Positions 22,401-34,533 of a DNA stretch of 64,000 nucleotides are shown piece after piece. This DNA comes from Paraphysomonas bandaiensis (Eukaryota > Protista > Chrysophyceae). The stretch is from NCBI GenBank assembly GCA_965644295.1, contig CBFFRP010000285.1:1-64000 (forward strand), read 5' to 3'. The notes below the pieces were generated by a model that saw nothing but the letters and a program-made list of their open reading frames with translations, had not been told where the DNA came from and ran no database searches. Each line of letters opens with the position of its first letter. Within the stretch, counting starts at the first letter, position 1. A program made the position numbers and the translations under genes.

Positions 22401-25277
22401 TCCTTTGTTTTGCATATCCGCTAGACTTTTGTAAATATTTACAATTCCTTGAGAAAAGTGCCGTCTGAAAACAACATGAAGCATAGATCCTCGCGACTGA
22501 GCCGCAAACCGACGGACAATAAATCGCTTAAGCTGAAATATACGACGTAAGTACATAGAATGACACATATCGATGTGGGCACCTCTTGAGAACTCAAGTG
22601 CCCTACTCCAACACCATCCACAGATAAGACAATGTCACCGATACTGGGAAGTAGTCCCCTGTCTACTAAACTCTGACTGTATTCACCTTGGGCATGATAT
22701 AATGTGCCCGGAATTAGTACACAGGGGGTATTGACAACTTTTTCTATTGCCACAGGTCCATTCCCCACCAGCGTGCATCCCAACTTGTCCACAAATGAGC
22801 ATTCAAATACAATAAATGAAAAGGAGGAAGGAAAGTCGGGAAGCTTAAGCTCTGTCAAACTCTTCATATCATCCACCTTGACATCATCTTTGGAACGTAC
22901 CCCATACTTACTTCCGGGACCGAGAGCCAATCCGCATCGAGGGCATGTCAGTTCACGCTCATGAATATGTACGCATCCACACCGAGCACATTGACCATTA
23001 TAGGGATCATCAGAAATGTCCAGTATTATGTCCATATCCAACTCGTTCTTAGATAGTCTATGAAAGTTCCATCGCTGCATGACACCATCATTGGCAAATA
23101 CTAACCACACAAACACTATTGACATGTACCTCAACAAAATGCGAGGATATATCTCGGGCAGCCTGTCCATGTACAACAGCATGAACGTCATGCCACGCCT
23201 GCCGTGGAAACAATTCTCTGACATCAGGCCGATTCTCTTCCCCACGAACAGTTATCGAGCCCAAAGCATCCTCCAAAGCATTACCTAGTGCACCGAATAG
23301 CCCGAGAAGACCGTTCAGCAGTCCACCGCTCTGCGTGGGTTCGCCTTCAAGAACATCCAGCTCTCCATATGGGACCGCTATACAAGATCGGGTTTATAAA
23401 GCAGTGAGATCAGACCTGATATTTACCTTCTACATATTCTTCAGCCTCTAGTCGAGCCTAACAAAGACATCACCTCACACAATAAAACTACATGCTACAC
23501 CTACCGCTTCTTCTTGCGCTGTCTCCGGTTCTCCGAAGCCTTCATGGTCACTCCCCCGCATCATGTTCTCGTAAAATGCTGGCGGACCGTGCATAGACTC
23601 CTCGACTTCATTCCTCTGTTCCCAGGTGCCATTCCACCCATAATCAGTCGTCTCCCGTACAGACACCTCATCTATTGGTAAGTGGCTGACTGTCGTACTG
23701 GTGAAATTTACTTCAGCTTGATGGATTACCGCGACATGCTCTAAGTATTCTATGAGGACAACAAGAAAATTATTTATCAACTACCTTCTTCCCGTTTCTG
23801 TTGCTTGTCTAGACTATGGATGCTACGAACAGGTTGAAAGAGACCAACTGCGTGCTGTCTGTAGTCCGGACCTGGGTACATGACTCCGTCTTCATCGACT
23901 AGGGAATGCTGAAAGTCGTCATACCGGTTGAAGGCAAGGTCCAGGCCTCCAACAAAAGCAGTGCAGCTACACAAACAATACGTATCATCGGACTGAATAT
24001 GATATAGAGAAGACACACAGCTACGCACCGATCAATAATCACAAGCTTTTCATGATGAGACCAGAGGATAGCTCTGCTGTTGCCAAATATTTTATTCGGA
24101 TGGCGCAGACATCGTATGTTGGGGCTCAGGTTCTCTAAAAATTTCTTCGCATGCAGTGAATTGTTACCCTGTCCTGACAGCTCAACCTCTTTGTACAGTA
24201 AGACCCGTATGCTTACGCCCTGGTCAGCTTTGTACTTTAGTATTTGAGATAGGCGGATGGGCGGGAGGGGTGGACGAGTCAATAGGAGATGTGGAGAGAG
24301 TTTCCAAGAAGATATGAATATTTCCTCCCGAGCAAGTAGCAAGGCTACGGCCACGTGCATGAAGTAATCGCGGGCACAAGTGAACACCTCTACGCTATCA
24401 GCAGCTTCTCTAGGTGGAAAGCTCGAAGAGTGTGGCTGTGGTGTTGTCCGAGGGGAGACGTTGTAGAATTCTCGAATGCCTTGTTGCCACTCAAGTGCAA
24501 CCCGAGCAGTTGGCGCATAGAGGGCCAGTCGTCTTGTATTAGTTTGTATCGTCAAGTATCGACCTGTCACAGTAACCTGTAATCCACAATCTACGCGAAG
24601 TACACCCTCGGGCGTCATGCTACTGCTGTTTTTAAAGTAGGCTATGAAAGAGTCATGGAGACTAATCCACCTCCACCGCCAATTCTTGAACATTCCATCC
24701 CCCGCTGTGACCTTCACCTTGTAGCCACCAGAACACTGCAGAAGAGATTAGTGCACTGCTGAAAAACGATAAATCAACCTTCTTTAAATAACCAGACTTT
24801 CCTTTCCGGCCAAGACTTGGAACGAATGATAACTGATACGAAACGTCAGTCAGACATGAACAAATAGCCATTCCCACATACCATTCCGATTTCTACAAAC
24901 TCTTTAAATGGTTCACATTCAAAAATATCTTGTACAGATGCTAATCTTTCTAAGTATAGTGCAATTTTTTGACCTCTATTGACGAGTTGTTCATTAGTTA
25001 ATCCACTAAATATTCTGAAATGTTTCTTTGGGAGTTCAATACCATGCATATGATCCCCATGTAGATTCAATAGCACCTTATGTAATGCTTGTATTTCACT
25101 AAATCTCTTTAATAATTTCCAATGAAAACGACGATAACCTATAGATAACTCGAATATATGATATGATCCAGTGAATATCCCGCCTTGATTCTCATGAAAC
25201 CCGAGAGATGATACGTAAAGGTTTCTATCATCCTGTACGGGTTGTTCTGTCTTATTTGAGTTTAATGAATTTCCCAT
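19486..25277 (-). CDS. Phospholipase D with PX and PH domains (PLD1/2/zeta type) and a large central insertion; multi-exon
   Basis: PX ([13 protein letters not shown]), PH (NWRWRWISL...EWQQGI), HKD1 [38 protein letters not shown], and HKD2 IYVHDK/IIIVDD...GSANINDRS. Confidence 0.92.
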
Positions 25278-25803
25278 TGATTATAATGTATGTAAGATGG
25301 ATATTCAATTCATTGTTTGTATGATATGATTGATAATATATGTATAGTTCGAGTTAATAGATATATATGGTTAAGATATGGAGATACTCGTATGAATCTA
25401 CTTGTATGTAGTGGAAAGATGTGTACTATAGAATCACTCGTATCAACCTATACACAATCTGATCGATTGATGCAATAGATAATTCACGTACGAAAGAAGT
25501 GTGAAGATGAAGTGTATGTATGTATGTATGTATGTATGGGATGGATGGATTTAATGATATCATTTATATGGACTTCGACACCTGCATACAAAACAGCCAG
25601 ACATTTGCACACGTCAAGTACAGAGTATTATACCTGGTATACTGCTGTACTCTGGAGAGTTCTTTGCATCAGAGGAACATTAATTCGGCTATACAGTGCT
25701 GCTGCTGATGATGTCACTCATTGGACTGGCAGCTCTCACAAGTATATGCAACACGTACAGTGCATTCTTGATATGGTCAATTATGTATGGTAAATATTCT
25801 CTA

Positions 25804-26098
25804 CGAGTCATGGGAATTCGCTATAAAGAACAACAATATCACCATGTGAAGTTTATCGACGAGTTCACTTCTTCCTCCAAAAACAGCATTCTTCATTTTT
25901 GAGTGCCCTTATCTCACGATACATACAGCGTCACCATATACTCTTATGTAACGAAATGTTCAGCATTTAATGGACTATTTCGTGTTAAAATCACTGTATT
26001 TTGATTGATAATATGAAAAAGTTATGGAATTAAACATAAAAGGTACTTTTTCATGATTTTCGACTTTTCTTTTCTCTACAGCGAATTCCCATGACTCG
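25804..26098. mobile_element. Tc1/mariner-type MITE (295 bp)
   Basis: Perfect 19-bp TIRs CGAGTCATGGGAATTCGCT with TA on both flanks (25802-25803 and 26099-26100). Confidence 0.85.
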
Positions 26099-27029
26099 TA
26101 TATGCAGCACATCACTATGCATTGATATATACATCTCTACCAATTCCTTGCTGGGGATTGATGGTGATGACACAATTTAATATCTCCTGTCATGGAAAAC
26201 GTTACCTCTACTTGTATTCATTTTATCTGCTTTCATCAGGTGGGTTCTATTTTAGTGGAAATGATGTATATACAGTGTGAGTGCACATGACAAAGATCAG
26301 AGCCAGTAAGACATTCATCAGTACTATACTCACTTGAACGTACATAATTTATTACCAACGGTTTACAACCCCTTTTATTACATCAACAAGTTTGACTTGC
26401 GATCACTGTCACATCATGTGAAGCACCTTCGAGGACCGAACTATCTGATAGATCTAATATGAAGCATTTTGTGGTTGTTTTATGCTAGGTCCTTTTGCTT
26501 GTAATCGTTGGATACTCTATAATATTTTGAGAATATTAATTGCTCTTACCACTTTCCAAACGAAGTATGAACTCTCATTTCGCTTACTCTAGACTATTCT
26601 GAGTACTCCCTCCTTCTTGTGTCAATTGCAATGGTTCGGTGACAGCTGACAAGTATACGATGCAAATAGAACACATGTAGCTTAAAATAGAATTACTAAT
26701 CTCCACGTCCATTTCGTATACCACTGATCATAATTTCTCTCACTCACCCACATTAACAAAAGCTTACTACAATCTCTTAGGTCCTACAATTGTAGGTTAT
26801 ATTCACGGTATGTAGGCGAAGCATTTCCTCTAGTGAATATGTATTAACTGATTACTGCACAAAATCAAGATGAATTTATTGAAGTGAAAATAACCTCAAT
26901 GTAGATATACGCTCGAATAGAGGTATATACCTATACTCATGTATCACATTCATCCATGTGGTATATTAATATCATATGGTATTAATATCTATAGCTGATT
27001 GTATTGTATAAATAATTTTCTTAAGATGT

Positions 27030-28814
27030 CTACTGTTCTGCGGCATTGAAGCTCGGCAGAGAGGATAGAGTTAAGTTGTACTTTCGTCTCGGCACAACGG
27101 CGACGTCATCGCATGGAAAGGTACGTCGATTATCTTCTCTGTAGACTGGACCTAAAACACAAAATTATGACATAAAAATATTACGAAAAAATATAAGATA
27201 ATGTAGTATTGTGATGCGGCATAGCAATCACCGCGATCCATATGATGACGCTTAGTACGAGAAAAACTTACGAGAAAAAACATAGTTTTCTGGTTTATCC
27301 CAGTAGTTCTCATTAGGTGCTGTGAGATTATTTGCGGCCTTCTGAACCCATTTTGCATCTTCATCCCGACCTTCAGGTGCGGGAACGTCAGTATACACCT
27401 TGCGTAAAAGTAATTAATGACAACGGCAAGATGGGTAGACCGCAATATATTGATAAAAATGCATGTAAAAGTATACCTGGTCAACATCTAGTCTAGCTGG
27501 AAGTGAATACCTTGACCTTCTCCTCGCTCGAGAAATAGTAGTTCGACTCTCCGTTACAGGCATGGCATTGTCGAGAGTGGGCACATATAATTCATTTTCA
27601 CAGTCTTGTCCATTAGGAAGCTCCATGTGAGGAACAACTCTCGAAGGAGAAGACGGAGATGAAACAGGAGGTAGGGTAGTGCGCTTCTTTGGACGGGCCT
27701 TGTTATCGCGGGATGTACTTCTGGTCCCCGTTCTATCTCTGCCAGAATGAATTGGTTCTCTCTTTTCCAGTGTTCTATCAAGAGCCTTTGTGCCCGAACT
27801 TAATGCGACAGTCTTCTTCAATGCCTTGGCCTCATTATTTACAACGTCTGTATTATTGGTGTGGGAATCGGTTTTCATCACACCATCTATTTTAGCTTTA
27901 GCTGCGGAAGCTTTCATTTGCTTGGTCGTGAATGCATATGCCCCATAATTCATAACCTCTCGAAGCTGCTTGATACTCAAAAATTTTCCTTTCGACAGTT
28001 TGTCTCTCTTCTGGATCATTTCCGCCCAGAAAAGTTCTCCGTAGCACCACTTCCTCAATCCTTTGAGCATTTCAAGAGCAGCGTACATAAGTGCTGGGTG
28101 TGATATTGTGAAGTTTATGAACTGAGGGCGTGACATGCTATAAAACTCTGTCCCCTCCAGCATATTGAAAACACTGTCGACATTGGCCGTTTAGTCAAGT
28201 ACAACTAAAAGAAAATCCAAAATACCTAGTACAGTATGGATGATCGTAGAATGCTTCAAATTGCTGTTTCGCTAAGAGAATAAGTGTACTTTTTTCCATA
28301 GCACCAGTTTCCGTGAGCACTGAGTTATATAAATCAAACGCAAACGATGCTATATATACACATTAGAAACAATTTCGTCAAATTAATTTATAGCTAATTA
28401 CCCATATCTGCAGGGGAATCAATGGTGCAGTAGCTCCAAATTGTCATGACAAATTCTCGGAAGTCAATTTTTTTCGAATCGTCATCTTTGTAGCATGTCA
28501 GTGCCTGTCACCCATGATAAGCATATTCCATGCCTAAAATAACCATGTATAACCTTAACAAGAAAAGTATTTTCTCCAAATGGTAAGTAGTCAAAGATAT
28601 CACATATATTGATTGTGCCGCGCCCGAACTGAAAACATGGTTATTAATATAGCAACTTGCTGACTTGCATTGTCACCTCATCTATAGCCTTAAACTTCTT
28701 GTAAAATGCTGCAACATCCTTCGGGGTCAACGACAGAGCTTCGAACGGTGCTCTCCACTGTTGCAGTTCGGGGTATTTCTCATACACGTTTGATGTGCAT
28801 ACACACCCTCCCAT
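27030..28814 (-). CDS. EF-hand protein (calcineurin-B/NCS-like N-terminal half) with a predicted N-myristoyl/palmitoyl start and a low-complexity tail; multi-exon
   Basis: Spliced translation MGGCVC...FKAIDEFGRGTINI...DDSKKIDFREFVMTIWSYC...FAFDLYN. Terminal exons are inferred, ending at TAG 27030. Confidence 0.65.
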
Positions 28815-29377
28815 TCTCGTTACAACCTTCTGTTCCTAAACAAGGATTGAACACCTTCTATAATATCTAAGTCCAACACCAGGGCTTGAGATACAAATAT
28901 TGGCCCTTAATCCCCTGCATGCGTCTCTTTCTGCGTTCGTAATTAGCAAAAGTGGTAGGAGCTACCCTGAACCAATGAAAATATTTTGATAGGTTTTAAA
29001 TTATAGATTGAATAAAAAATTCCCCCTGATTGTTTCTATTCACAAAATTCTTGTCATTCCACACTACATACCAAAAAATGGAATATTTTAATTTTTTAAC
29101 ATAGAAAAGGGTAAAAAATGTGGAGAACTTGCGAAAATCCAATCATGGTTCTTGTACATGGTGTTCAAAAAACAAGTGTGAATTATGGGACAAAAATATG
29201 GAATGGGTTACGTGTTGCCGTTAACGGCCATACCAATATTTTTTCAGTCGTCCCAAGTCTACATACTCTCCTACATCGCCAAAACAGTTCAAAGGATTGT
29301 TAATATATTTCAAGTGGTACGATATGGAAGGTTTAATAGTTTAGACATGCATATTTATTTGTGAAACTGTAAACTGT

Positions 29378-30073
29378 TTGGTAATGAATGGTATGGAGTG
29401 CAAACTTGATAACTTAAATGAGGGGCGCTGTGTTAGTATTCGTGTATATGGTGACAACAATATACGTGTGTTACAAGGGGTCTCTCAGTGTGGACAATTA
29501 ACTGCCATAAACGAAAAATCTGTCAAGAATTTAACTGAAGCTGAAGTTCAAGCTCTTCTCTTAGAGAACTTGAAGAATATTCACCTTGAAAAATCTTATG
29601 ATAGCTCACCAGTGACCGATAATCATATATTCGAATTGACCATAATATCAGTGGACAATGGCCCCATCGGCATTGATTTGGGGCCCTGTCGTGATGAAGC
29701 TGTATGTGGTGGTCTAGTTGTGAAAGATGCGCCACCACTATCTCCTTTCTGTACCGGAGATATTATTTCTGCTGTAAATGGTATTTGCTTGAATACACTA
29801 TCTGCAAATGGTGCTGTGGAATTGATTCGGCAGCTCTCTGACAGAAGACTGACAATTGTTCGAACTCAGGATTGCCATGATCATACGAAGATCTTGTCAA
29901 CACCGGCGACTAGTACTTATAAGAATTGGCAAAATTATAGATTGCATCGCCATCGTTTTTACTGTCCAATGCTTCACAAGGGCTCCACCTATACTGACGT
30001 CGCCCTCCGCATACATCGAAGAATTGCAAATCGACCATCATGCGATTATCTTCCAGAAATAGACAACTTATGA
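29378..30073 (+). CDS. ORF with PDZ-like domain(s); possibly a fragment or pseudogene
   Basis: GPIGIDL...GLVVK...GDIISAVNGI.L...AVELIR...RRLTIVR fits a PDZ pattern. A degenerate repeat precedes it (QLTAINEKSVKNL). Confidence 0.45.
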   Translation: MVMNGMECKLDNLNEGRCVSIRVYGDNNIRVLQGVSQCGQLTAINEKSVKNLTEAEVQALLLENLKNIHLEKSYDSSPVTDNHIFELTIISVDNGPIGIDLGPCRDEAVCGGLVVKDAPPLSPFCTGDIISAVNGICLNTLSANGAVELIRQLSDRRLTIVRTQDCHDHTKILSTPATSTYKNWQNYRLHRHRFYCPMLHKGSTYTDVALRIHRRIANRPSCDYLPEIDNL

Positions 30074-30898
30074 CTTTAGGCTCGGAGGAATGGGTTGTAT
30101 TTGAGGGACCTATACTCGCATAGATATATAGGAATACCTAAATAGACTCCTTTATCCTGTTACCCTTGTATATCTTGCGTGGTTTTCCTATGCTTACATC
30201 ACACCAATTACTTTGATATGTCTTGAATATAATGTACATACGTAATATTTTTCATGTCTCAGCTTCTTACAATTTTGATTATAATATATGTTTCTGAGAA
30301 TGTTTCCAAACGATTACTAAGTGCGTAGTACGTAGTAAACTATCATCGTTGTACAGGATATGTCAGGTGAAAGTTGTAGAGCTAACCGCCTTTGTTGATT
30401 ATTGATTACAACTATGCACTGATTACTTAGCCATCCACTTCACGACTTAGACCTTTCTTAACAAAATGTAGCCGTATAGAGCAAGGGAATATCTGATCGG
30501 TCAGTGGCTACTTGCGTGTATCTCATTCTTAGCTATGTCGTAGTTGTGGAAAAATCAATCGTCCTGCAAATGTAATTTCTCTCATATCTACATCACTGAT
30601 TTTTACTGAAACGAATACATGGACTTTGACAATGCGTAGTCTTAACCAGGTCTTAACGACTAGAACGAGATAATATGTCGTCATACAACCTCAAAAGCAA
30701 GTATACTTATTTGTAGATTGCGGAGTTTCAACTAGTGAAACATTACAACAACGATTTGCAAACATAGGTAGCAAATATATACCGCAAAAATGTTATTTGA
30801 AATTATACTAACACGATATTGTAAGTAAAAATAGATACAGTCTGATGAAACACTAATAGGTAAAAAAAAGCTCCACAGACTTAGATTCGACATTCTCA

Positions 30899-31788
30899 TT
30901 ATGATAGACTTTCCTCCCCTGGCAATACTTCAGCTGCTTTGTGCACCGGTTGTGTATCCACTTTGCTACACAGTACTTGGAATGCGGGAACAATCCACGA
31001 CCCACCTGCAAAATTGCCGTCATAAAACACTTTGACAAACGGACGGTGTTAAGCTTACATGAACACTTAGAGCCCGACCAGTTCCACGCTCCCAACTTCA
31101 CTTTGCATGACGGACAGTATATTTTTCCACTAAGCTCACTACCAGAAAATGTCTTCACCCATTCGCAACTGTCATCAAGGAACACAGAACTGCATGGAAT
31201 TACTCTTCCTCCGGCAGACGAAGTCAGGTTTTCATGCTGCTCAACGTTTTCGCCGTCAAAGAGAACACACCGACACATCTTGCACTTATAAATAATAAGC
31301 TCACTAGAGCTATCCATATTCTCTACTAGTAATTCCTCCTTTTCTAAGTCCGTATCCGGGTTGACGCTCTTATCAACCTCAGAAGCTACATGCGTCTCAG
31401 GAAGAGCTGCGTTAACTTTGGAGATGATATAACCCATGAAATCCACCGCATAACCCTTATCTCCAACACAATTTTGTGAATATAAATTTACATCTTCTTC
31501 TATTTCACTAATTACTGTATCAGAAAGTGCAGTTGACGCTATTTCAGTATGTAGGGGATTGTGTGGGTAGTTCTTTGGAAACTCCAGAGTCACAGACCAC
31601 TGAGCATCTGTATATGAAACTTTAAGAGATTTGTTAGCCAATCGTCCTAACCGAAGATTAATATCCGCTTTTGGTGTTAGAGTTTGTATAGTCTCAATAC
31701 CATATTTACATCTTAATTGGTCGACATCAGCAACCATTTCCCTCACACCAACTTCCTCTTGTAACGCAACTCTCTCCCTGCCATTCAT
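30899..31788 (-). CDS. RWD domain fused to a YVH1/DUSP12-type C-terminal zinc-binding domain; no phosphatase domain
   Basis: RWD: VTLEFPKNYP. Zinc domain: YKCKMCRCVLF..H..CSSVFL..W..GKIYCPSCKVKLGAWNWSGSKCSC/GSWIVPAFQV..SKVD, with one intron near 31005-31058. Confidence 0.8.
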
Positions 31789-33363
31789 ATGAGATTATAT
31801 GCACAGTGAATTACGATAATATATCACAAATATAGAGATAGATTCTATTTATTTGTTCATTAATGGTGACGAGGGAGTTGTGCGTGATAGTAGTATGAGA
31901 GTTCTTAATAGGACACGGTTCATATATATGCGTGTACATGTACTGGTGTATATATGTACAGCAGTACATGTGTAGAGGTTGTACACATCCATACACAGTG
32001 TACATAATCAGTGGTGTGGACGTGCTACTGTACCGCTATAGATACAGAGAATTCCCAGTAGTATAGGTATACTGTTGTATACTGCTGTATACGGCTACGA
32101 TATACACAGCAGTGCAGCATCAACTACGTAGACGATGTTATGGTAACGGTAGAATGCATGGGCAATAGTTACTTCCATGGATAGATAGATATATCCACCT
32201 CACAGTGTGGTACATGGGTAGAACCAAAGCAAACTCTGCTCTATATCATGCTTTCTAGATGCTCTATATTAATTCAAATGAAAGTTAATGTGCAAACATC
32301 GTGAAGTATATTGCGATTACTCATAGTATGATATGAGGAAAGATACTGTATATCCTGACAACTGATATACATATATACATACATATATAAAGCATATGTA
32401 AATACTTACAGAAACACAGTTACTATTTTACCCTATAAACTGTGAATTTTATGCGAGGTGAGTGTCTGGAAAAGTTTTTGAGGCATGTGTGTTCGCCTCT
32501 AGAATAGAGTGTTTGCTCTTGTTGTTCTCAAGCTGACCTACCTCCATGGGGTCTTGTTAGAACTGTTCGAGTATTGTGTGTGTATTTTCTGCAAGGTAAT
32601 GTATCAAGCAATAAGAAAAGCACAGAATGTATAAAAAAATCAATTTTGTGTAGCTCTTAATCTTAACCATACGCATAACTGATAAGAAATTGATCGTGTG
32701 GTATATATGCTATCCGAACTCGTTATTCTAAACTTAGCAGCATATGATACATCTTAGAAGTCTCACTTGTGGCTTGCTAAATAGCCCAACACCATTCATC
32801 TTACGCACCGTTCTTTTCAACGTACAACATGTTTAGATGTTTAGGTATAGTATGATACTATGTGAACTCGTTAAGATTGATTATTGCCTCATTTCAACAA
32901 TGTGGGTATAGTGTAGATCCACCAGTTGACATGGCAAGTATCACATATAGCGCTATGATTCTGGCAAGGCTATGTGCTTCCTTTCCTCTTGTAGCAAATT
33001 TGGGTGTAGTGAGATATAGCAGAGTCTTGAGAGTGACAGAGTAATAAGCTGTTAAGTGTTGTTGAAGAGCTTTAGCGCACTACTACTTGTTCATACCATC
33101 TGTGTACATGGAGGAAGATACTATCATTGACACTTCTACCAGTGATGCTCAAACACCCCTAGTCGCATTCTTTAATTTTTTGGCATCTCTCCCACTTTCC
33201 CAGAATGATAGGTACTTTTGTCATCATGGATGGTGCGCATGCATTGTGTAGATGCAAGCACACAAGAAATATACTGGAATATTAATATAGATGTATGCAT
33301 TGCTAAGTTTTATCAACGGTACTACCACCCTAGAGTATACCCTCGGAATAGACAAATTATTCA

Positions 33364-34157
33364 CAGGCTTATGTAATTATTTACATGGCCTTCCCCCATA
33401 AAATGGAAAAAAAGCAATTCATTAATGGCCATAAAAATGGGGGAGAGATGTAGTGCCCATTAATGGCAATATCCATTAGTTAGTATCTAGCTGTCAGCAC
33501 CATGTAAGAATACGTGACAATCCACGACCTTCCGGTCCATTATTATATGGAACAGTATCTTGGTGCTAATGCTACCATTACAACTGACCAAATAATCGAG
33601 AGAGCTGTTGTGAAGAGCCAAAGCCAACTGGAGAATACTCTGACTGTTGCAGAAGCTAAAACCGTTAAGGGCTATCTCCTTGCGGCTCATAAGGATGACG
33701 ATAACAGTGACGAAACGGGGGTAACAGGAGGATTCGCTTTGGATATAGTGAGAGAAGCTGTGACAAGGAAGAGCAGGAGAGCCACTAAATATCGCCCCAT
33801 GAATCATTTGGTGACGACTTCCAATATTGTTGAGCGATTATTTAGCAGAGCAAAGCTTATTATGAGAGACCAGCGCAAGCTAATGGAACCCCAGCATTTG
33901 GAGCTGCTACTCTTTTTGCGTTGCAACAAATTCTTATGGAACGAAGTTACCATTGATGATATTATAGTTGTTGATGATGTTTAAGAATATTGTTCGCATT
34001 AGCTATATGACCTGTAACATGGGAACGAACTGCTCATCATTGCTGTTAAATAGCTAGTACTTAGTCTAATTATTAACACTTTCCATTTACTTCTTTCTAA
34101 AGCAATGAAGCAATAGTAATCAAACCATTAATGGCCATTAATGGTTACGCAAGCCTG
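33364..34157 (+). mobile_element. Non-autonomous hAT transposon retaining the C-terminal dimerisation domain (ORF 33514-33984)
   Basis: Imperfect TIRs CAGGCTTATGTAAT / GTTACGCAAGCCTG; 8-bp TSD ATTATTCA/ATTGTTCA; CCATTAATGG subterminal repeats; TSNIVERLFSRAK..MRDQRK.MEP..LE.LLFLR.N..LW. Confidence 0.88.
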
Positions 34158-34533
34158 ATTGTTCAATACGCTATATTACTTTAATAGTCATCATTTACGC
34201 AATGATTTCAACGATTCGAAGTACATTACACCACGACGAGATTCAATATGTGGTCGTTAAAGTATCTGAGGTATGAAGCATCTATCAAGTAATTTGAATT
34301 ACTAAAGTAGTGTATGACAGTGAACCTCTGAAACACTGCGACTCAGAATATATAGTATATATATCTAACGTATCATTTAGTTTCTATGCGCGCTTTTGAA
34401 AATAAAATTTGTAATCATGTTTTTGTGCATATATATTTTTAATCCGTAAGATATTATGATCGCACAATTACGAAACGCCTACATAACACATAACATCAAT
34501 ACTTACAATATCAACACTGTACTCTATTATATT

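Noticed and set aside
28879-29262. Possible hAT MITE starting CAGGGCTTGAG
   Set aside because: No convincing right TIR or TSD.
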